Assembly (NCBI GenBank): GCA_051531975.1
Contig: JAOPTT010000007.1
Coordinates: forward strand, 56,985 to 120,984
Direction: 5' to 3'
DNA: 64,000 nt
DNA from: Spirochaetaceae bacterium
GTDB lineage: Bacteria > Spirochaetota > Spirochaetia > DSM-2461
Notes under the pieces: generated by a model
Databases searched by the model: none
What the model saw: only the letters and a program-made list of their open reading frames with translations
Told to the model about the DNA's origin: nothing
Part shown: piece by piece, positions 59,677 through 64,000 of the stretch
Layout of the letters: the number at the start of each line of letters is the position of its first letter
Numbering within the stretch: the first letter of the stretch is position 1
Position numbers and translations under genes: made by a program

Positions 59677-60711
59677 TTAACTAACTATTATTGTCTCTGG
59701 ATTTGTTGTAATTTCTCCAACAATATAAGCGTCGATACCGTTATCTTTCATAACACTTAATATATCTTTTGCTTTATCTGGAGCTATTGTAAATAGCAGA
59801 CCTCCAGATGTTTGAGGGTCAAATAGTATAGATTTTGTAGAATTTTCTAAAGTATCTATGTTCTCAACAAAGCTTCCTCTAAACTCCATGTTCTTTTTGG
59901 TTCCACCTGGAACTGCACCTCTGTTTATGCAATCCATAGCACCTGGTAATAGTTTTATACCCTTAAAGTTTATTGTTAAACCAAGACCTGAACCTGAGAT
60001 CATTTCACAGGCATGTCCAACTAAACCAAACCCTGTAACGTCAGTACAACACTTAACAGGGAACTCTGTAATAATCTCAGATGCTCTCTTATTTAAATTA
60101 CACATAGATTCCATTGAAGCTTGTATTGATTCCTCTGTTGCCAAACCACGTTTTAAAGCTGTATTTATTGTACCAGTACCTAAAGGTTTTGTTAAAATAA
60201 CAGTTTGCCCTAATTCTGGTTTATTATTTACTAATACTTTGTCTGGGTGAACTAAACCAGAAACTGACAAACCAAATTTTAACTCTTCGTCCTGTATACT
60301 GTGACCACCAACTAAAGGAACATTTGCCTCTTTAAGTTTATCAAGACAACCCTCAGTTATTGTACGTAGAACTGATATGTCCGCTTTATCTAGAGGAAAC
60401 CCAACAATACTCATAGCCGTAATTGGTCTTGCTCCCATGGCATATACGTCAGATAGTGCATTTGCTGTAGCTATCTGTCCAAATGCATATGGGTCATCTA
60501 CAATAGGTGGGAAAAAATCTAGAGTATTAACTAATGCTAAATCATTAGAAATTTTATATACACCAGCGTCATCACTAGTTGTAAAGTCTACCATTAGTTC
60601 TGGGAATACTGGTTGTGTTAAGCCACACAGAGCTTTATCTAAAAGGCCTGGACCTAATTTTGCTCCACACCCTGAAAATTTAGTTAATGTTGTTAGTTTT
60701 ATATCATCCAT
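59677..60711 (-). CDS. selD: selenide, water dikinase (Cys form)
   Basis: SGCGAK, DDAGVY, DFFPPIVDDP, GGHS, TDVTGFGL, DPQTSGGLL. Confidence 0.96.
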   Translation of the reverse strand: MDDIKLTTLTKFSGCGAKLGPGLLDKALCGLTQPVFPELMVDFTTSDDAGVYKISNDLALVNTLDFFPPIVDDPYAFGQIATANALSDVYAMGARPITAMSIVGFPLDKADISVLRTITEGCLDKLKEANVPLVGGHSIQDEELKFGLSVSGLVHPDKVLVNNKPELGQTVILTKPLGTGTINTALKRGLATEESIQASMESMCNLNKRASEIITEFPVKCCTDVTGFGLVGHACEMISGSGLGLTINFKGIKLLPGAMDCINRGAVPGGTKKNMEFRGSFVENIDTLENSTKSILFDPQTSGGLLFTIAPDKAKDILSVMKDNGIDAYIVGEITTNPETIIVS

Positions 60712-61726
60712 TTGTTATATCCTTTAATTTTATTGCTGTATTTATTGGGTCATCGGCATCGAGTTTTACAACAGTACGTAACTCCTCGGACCGTCTTGCT
60801 AACCCTTTAGTATATGACTTATCGTAGTAGGGAAGTATTAAGATTGCAGCTTCCTTATACTGATTATTATTTACGTATTCTACAATTGCTGTAAATCTCT
60901 CTGAAAGTCTCTTTTTTAATATTTCTAAAGATTCTAAAATTGTTTCATTTCCGTAGGCTGTATAGTCTATTGCTAAACGTTCTGCTCTTATCTCTCTAGA
61001 TAGTTCAATTACAAATCTCTTTGATGTTTCCATTCTTTTAAATATAGGAGGAGGAACTAGTACCTTGCCAACATTTCGACTTTCATCCTCAATCCATATA
61101 GGTATAGACAGATCAAAACCCATCATTTTATTAAATATACTGTTTTCATACTTCTCGGTGGATGTTTCTGGGTTTTTACCAATACCACCAAAAGCGGAAC
61201 CTCTATGGTCTGCAAAACCTTCTAAATCGATTACCTGCATACCAATTTTTTCCATTTCTAATAAAATATCTGTTTTACCACTACCTGTCATACCAGATAG
61301 TACATGCAAAGTATAATTTTTCTCAAAAAAGCTCTGGGCATAATTTCTAAATGCTTTATATCCCTTTTCTAATCTGTATACTTTTTTAAAACCTGCAGTG
61401 TCTAATAACCAGCTAAAACTACCACTTCGCATACCACCACGGGCACAGTAGACTTTTATCTCCCCATTGCTATTGAGCTTTTTACACTCTTTTACAAAGG
61501 TTGCAAGTTTTGGACCTACTAATTCTAAGCCAAGTTCAACTGCATTATCATGACCCTCTTCTTTGTAACAAAGACCAACTGAAGCTCTCTCTATATCAGT
61601 AAAAAGTGGAATGTTTATGGCCCCAGGGATATGCCCTTTGTTATACTCAATTGGAGCTCTAACATCAATTATTGGAAGTTCTTGGTTGTTGTTTAAAAAG
61701 TCATCTACTTTAATAATTTCAGTCAT
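60704..61726 (-). CDS. mnmH: tRNA 2-selenouridine synthase
   Basis: Rhodanese domain (IDVRAP, YCARGGMRS) plus P-loop GMTGSGKT, HRGSAFG, EDES; overlaps selD. Confidence 0.94.
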   Translation of the reverse strand: MTEIIKVDDFLNNNQELPIIDVRAPIEYNKGHIPGAINIPLFTDIERASVGLCYKEEGHDNAVELGLELVGPKLATFVKECKKLNSNGEIKVYCARGGMRSGSFSWLLDTAGFKKVYRLEKGYKAFRNYAQSFFEKNYTLHVLSGMTGSGKTDILLEMEKIGMQVIDLEGFADHRGSAFGGIGKNPETSTEKYENSIFNKMMGFDLSIPIWIEDESRNVGKVLVPPPIFKRMETSKRFVIELSREIRAERLAIDYTAYGNETILESLEILKKRLSERFTAIVEYVNNNQYKEAAILILPYYDKSYTKGLARRSEELRTVVKLDADDPINTAIKLKDITNG

Positions 61727-61782
61727 TTTTTCACCTTTTTGATATAGTAGCATATTTGTAGTATTATTAGAAACATGGGGAC

Positions 61783-62850
61783 ATGAACTACATGAGAAAC
61801 TTTGTAAACGAAACAGCAGTTAAAAAATTAGCAGACAAGATCTATATAAACTATCCAGAACTTGACCAAGATTCTTTTTGCAATAAGATAATACCTAATT
61901 TAGACCCTTTAGGACTTTTTGAGAGATTGGATCTAGTTACTAAAGAGTTACATAATTTTCTTCCTTCTGATTTTAAAACAACATTAAATATAATAACAAA
62001 ATCTGTAACCGATGGCTTTCTTGTCTGTTCATTATCAAATTACATATCAACTTATGGTATAGAATATTTTGATATTTCAATGAACGCTTTAAAAGAGATG
62101 ACAAAAGTATTTTCCAGCGAGTTTGCAATTAGACACTTTATTATTAGATATCCAGACGAATCTATAAAATTGTTTAAATCATGGGCCTTAGATGAAAATG
62201 AACATGTAAGAAGATTAGTCTCTGAGGGGTTAAGACCTAGGCTGCCATGGGGAATTAGATTACATCAGTATGTAGAGAATCCAGAACCAATTATAGAGTT
62301 TTTAAATATATTAAGAGATGATAAAGAGTTATATGTAAGGCGATCTGTTGCTAATAATATAAATGATATTGCTAAAGATCACCCCAAAGTTGTAATTGAT
62401 ACACTAAAAAAATGGGATAAAACAGAACATAGTGATTGGGTAATTAGACACTCTCTACGAACATTAGTTAAGCAGGGTAATTTAGATGCCTTAGAAATTT
62501 TAGGTTATAGTAAAGATCCTAAAGTCCAGATAAGTTCCACCCAGTTTAGTAAAGATGTGATTTTAGGTGGGTATTTAGAGTTCTCATTTAAACTTAAATC
62601 ATTAGCAAAAAAAGATCAAAAATTAGTTATAGATTATATTGTTTATCATCAGAAAGCGAATGGGAAAAAGAGTCCAAAAGTATTTAAACTTAAAAACTTA
62701 ATATTAAAAGCTGGAAGTGATTTAGTCATAAAAAAACGGCATGGTATAAAAGAGATTTCAACACGTAAATATTATACTGGTGAACACTCTTTGGAAGTTA
62801 AAATTAATGGAAAGGAGACACCCTTTGGAGAGTTTAACCTACAGGTTTGA
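61783..62850 (+). CDS. DNA alkylation repair protein (AlkC-like HEAT glycosylase with C-terminal Ig-like domain)
   Basis: SSEFAIR, HVRRLVSEGLRPRLPW, YVRRSVANNIND, TRKYYTGEH. Confidence 0.88.
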   Translation: MNYMRNFVNETAVKKLADKIYINYPELDQDSFCNKIIPNLDPLGLFERLDLVTKELHNFLPSDFKTTLNIITKSVTDGFLVCSLSNYISTYGIEYFDISMNALKEMTKVFSSEFAIRHFIIRYPDESIKLFKSWALDENEHVRRLVSEGLRPRLPWGIRLHQYVENPEPIIEFLNILRDDKELYVRRSVANNINDIAKDHPKVVIDTLKKWDKTEHSDWVIRHSLRTLVKQGNLDALEILGYSKDPKVQISSTQFSKDVILGGYLEFSFKLKSLAKKDQKLVIDYIVYHQKANGKKSPKVFKLKNLILKAGSDLVIKKRHGIKEISTRKYYTGEHSLEVKINGKETPFGEFNLQV

Positions 62851-63277
62851 ACCGATAACCTATGCAGATGTTTTAGTTATGGAAAGATGGAGATATAAAG
62901 GCTTTGAACCAGCAATTTATATGGATCGATACCATGAAAGCAAGGACAGGGGAGATTCTCCTATAAAAGGTCCAAGAGGTTGTATCGGTTATACAGTTTA
63001 TAATACTGAAAATATTATGTTTGGATTAATGGAGTATTATTTTGAAGATGATGGAGTGTATCTAGGTCTTGCTATTAACCCTGAGTTTATAGGGAAAGGT
63101 CTTTCTCAGAATTTTATATTTGAAGGAATTGAATTTCTTAAAAGTAACTATAACTTAAATAAACAGATCAAAATCGAAGTTCATAGGCGCAACATTCAGG
63201 CTATAAAAGCATATGAGAAGTGTGGATTTAAGTTTGTAAAACGAGATGAAGAAATCTTGTTATATTTGTGTCCATGA
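62825..63277 (+). CDS. GNAT family N-acetyltransferase
   Basis: PEFIGKGL, NIQAIKAYEKCGF; TTG start after AAGGAG (start inferred). Confidence 0.85.
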   Translation: MESLTYRFEPITYADVLVMERWRYKGFEPAIYMDRYHESKDRGDSPIKGPRGCIGYTVYNTENIMFGLMEYYFEDDGVYLGLAINPEFIGKGLSQNFIFEGIEFLKSNYNLNKQIKIEVHRRNIQAIKAYEKCGFKFVKRDEEILLYLCP

Positions 63278-63309
63278 ATTAATATAAAATTTATATCTAT
63301 TTAGTACGT

Positions 63310-64000
63310 ATGAACAATATAAGAAAGATAGTCAGTTTTGACTGGGCTATAAAGAACATACTACGGGAAAAATCTAACTTTAATATTTTAGAGGGCTTCT
63401 TGTTTGCTCTATTGAAACAAAAGATAAAAATTGTAAGTCTTTTAGATTCTGAATCAAATCAATCTGTAAAAACAATGAAGTATAACCGAGTCGATCTTAT
63501 TGCAGAAAATGATGATGGTGAGCATATTATTATAGAAGTGCAATATGCCCCAGAGAAAAATTATTTCAAAAGGCTGCTATTTGGAACTTGTAAAGATATT
63601 GTTGATAATATTAGTAATGGTGAGGATTATAGTTATATAAAAAAAGTCTATTCGATAAGTTTAATATATTTTGATATAGAGGATCATTTTTTTCATATTT
63701 CTTCTACAGATTATGTATATCATGGTGTCTTGAATTTCACTGGATATCATAATAGTAATGATGTGAACATAGACAGCAGGTTGTTAGTTGGGTACAATAA
63801 TAATAGGGAGAAGATAAATATTTTCCCCGAGTATTTTATACTATCAATGAAAGTATTTGATAATAAGGTAAAAGATCTACTAGATGAGTGGATTTATTCT
63901 TTTAAAAACAGTGAAGTAAAGATGAACTTTGCAGCCCCAGGAATAAAAGATATGAGTGATAAGTTAAATTATATGGATATGAACCCTCAGGAACAACGAA
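63310..64000 (+). CDS. Rpn family PD-(D/E)xK nuclease / putative transposase; 3' end outside window
   Basis: Frame open to the window end: SFDWAIKNILR…LEGFL…ESN…NRVDL…IIIEVQ…IFPEYF…LDEWIY. Confidence 0.9.
   Translation, partial: MNNIRKIVSFDWAIKNILREKSNFNILEGFLFALLKQKIKIVSLLDSESNQSVKTMKYNRVDLIAENDDGEHIIIEVQYAPEKNYFKRLLFGTCKDIVDNISNGEDYSYIKKVYSISLIYFDIEDHFFHISSTDYVYHGVLNFTGYHNSNDVNIDSRLLVGYNNNREKINIFPEYFILSMKVFDNKVKDLLDEWIYSFKNSEVKMNFAAPGIKDMSDKLNYMDMNPQEQR

Noticed and set aside
60660..60711. Possible selenocysteine recoding in selD
   Set aside because: The active-site codon is TGT (SGCGAK) with no in-frame TGA; no selA, selB or tRNA-Sec in the window.
88..61350. Many short antisense or nested ORFs in the track (e.g. 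88..282, 15457..15771, 43871..44284, 50738..51058, 59125..59343, 59382..59609, 59858..60250)
   Set aside because: They lie within well-supported genes and show no recognisable motifs; treated as shadow frames.

Overview
AT-rich bacterial chromosomal segment, most likely from a free-living spirochaete (inferred from the gene set: stand-alone DbpA-domain protein, BMP/ABC operon, many lipoproteins). It holds about 60 CDS and 4 tRNAs (Asp x2, Arg, Leu). Housekeeping genes include infA, a dksA-like gene, alr, phoBR, pfk, an rlmN-like gene, mnmD, rny-ymdB-tlyA and mnmH-selD. Accessory elements are a HipBST-type toxin-antitoxin operon with three operators, an Rpn-family nuclease and a ~0.55 kb islet bracketed by a duplicated tRNA-Leu 3' end. 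The most unusual signals are: (1) four paralogous lipoproteins (51.8-59.6 kb) sharing a signal / beta-strand / LP(N/S)SR / GxDRTF N-terminal module but carrying four unrelated C-terminal domains, with nucleotide evidence of duplication and mosaicism; (2) an ECF operon in which one ATPase gene has Walker A/B but no signature and the other has only the LSGGQ signature; (3) an orphan ~100-nt structured transcript next to tRNA-Leu; (4) many apparently leaderless genes. No database searches were run; product calls rest on motifs I recognised in the sequence.
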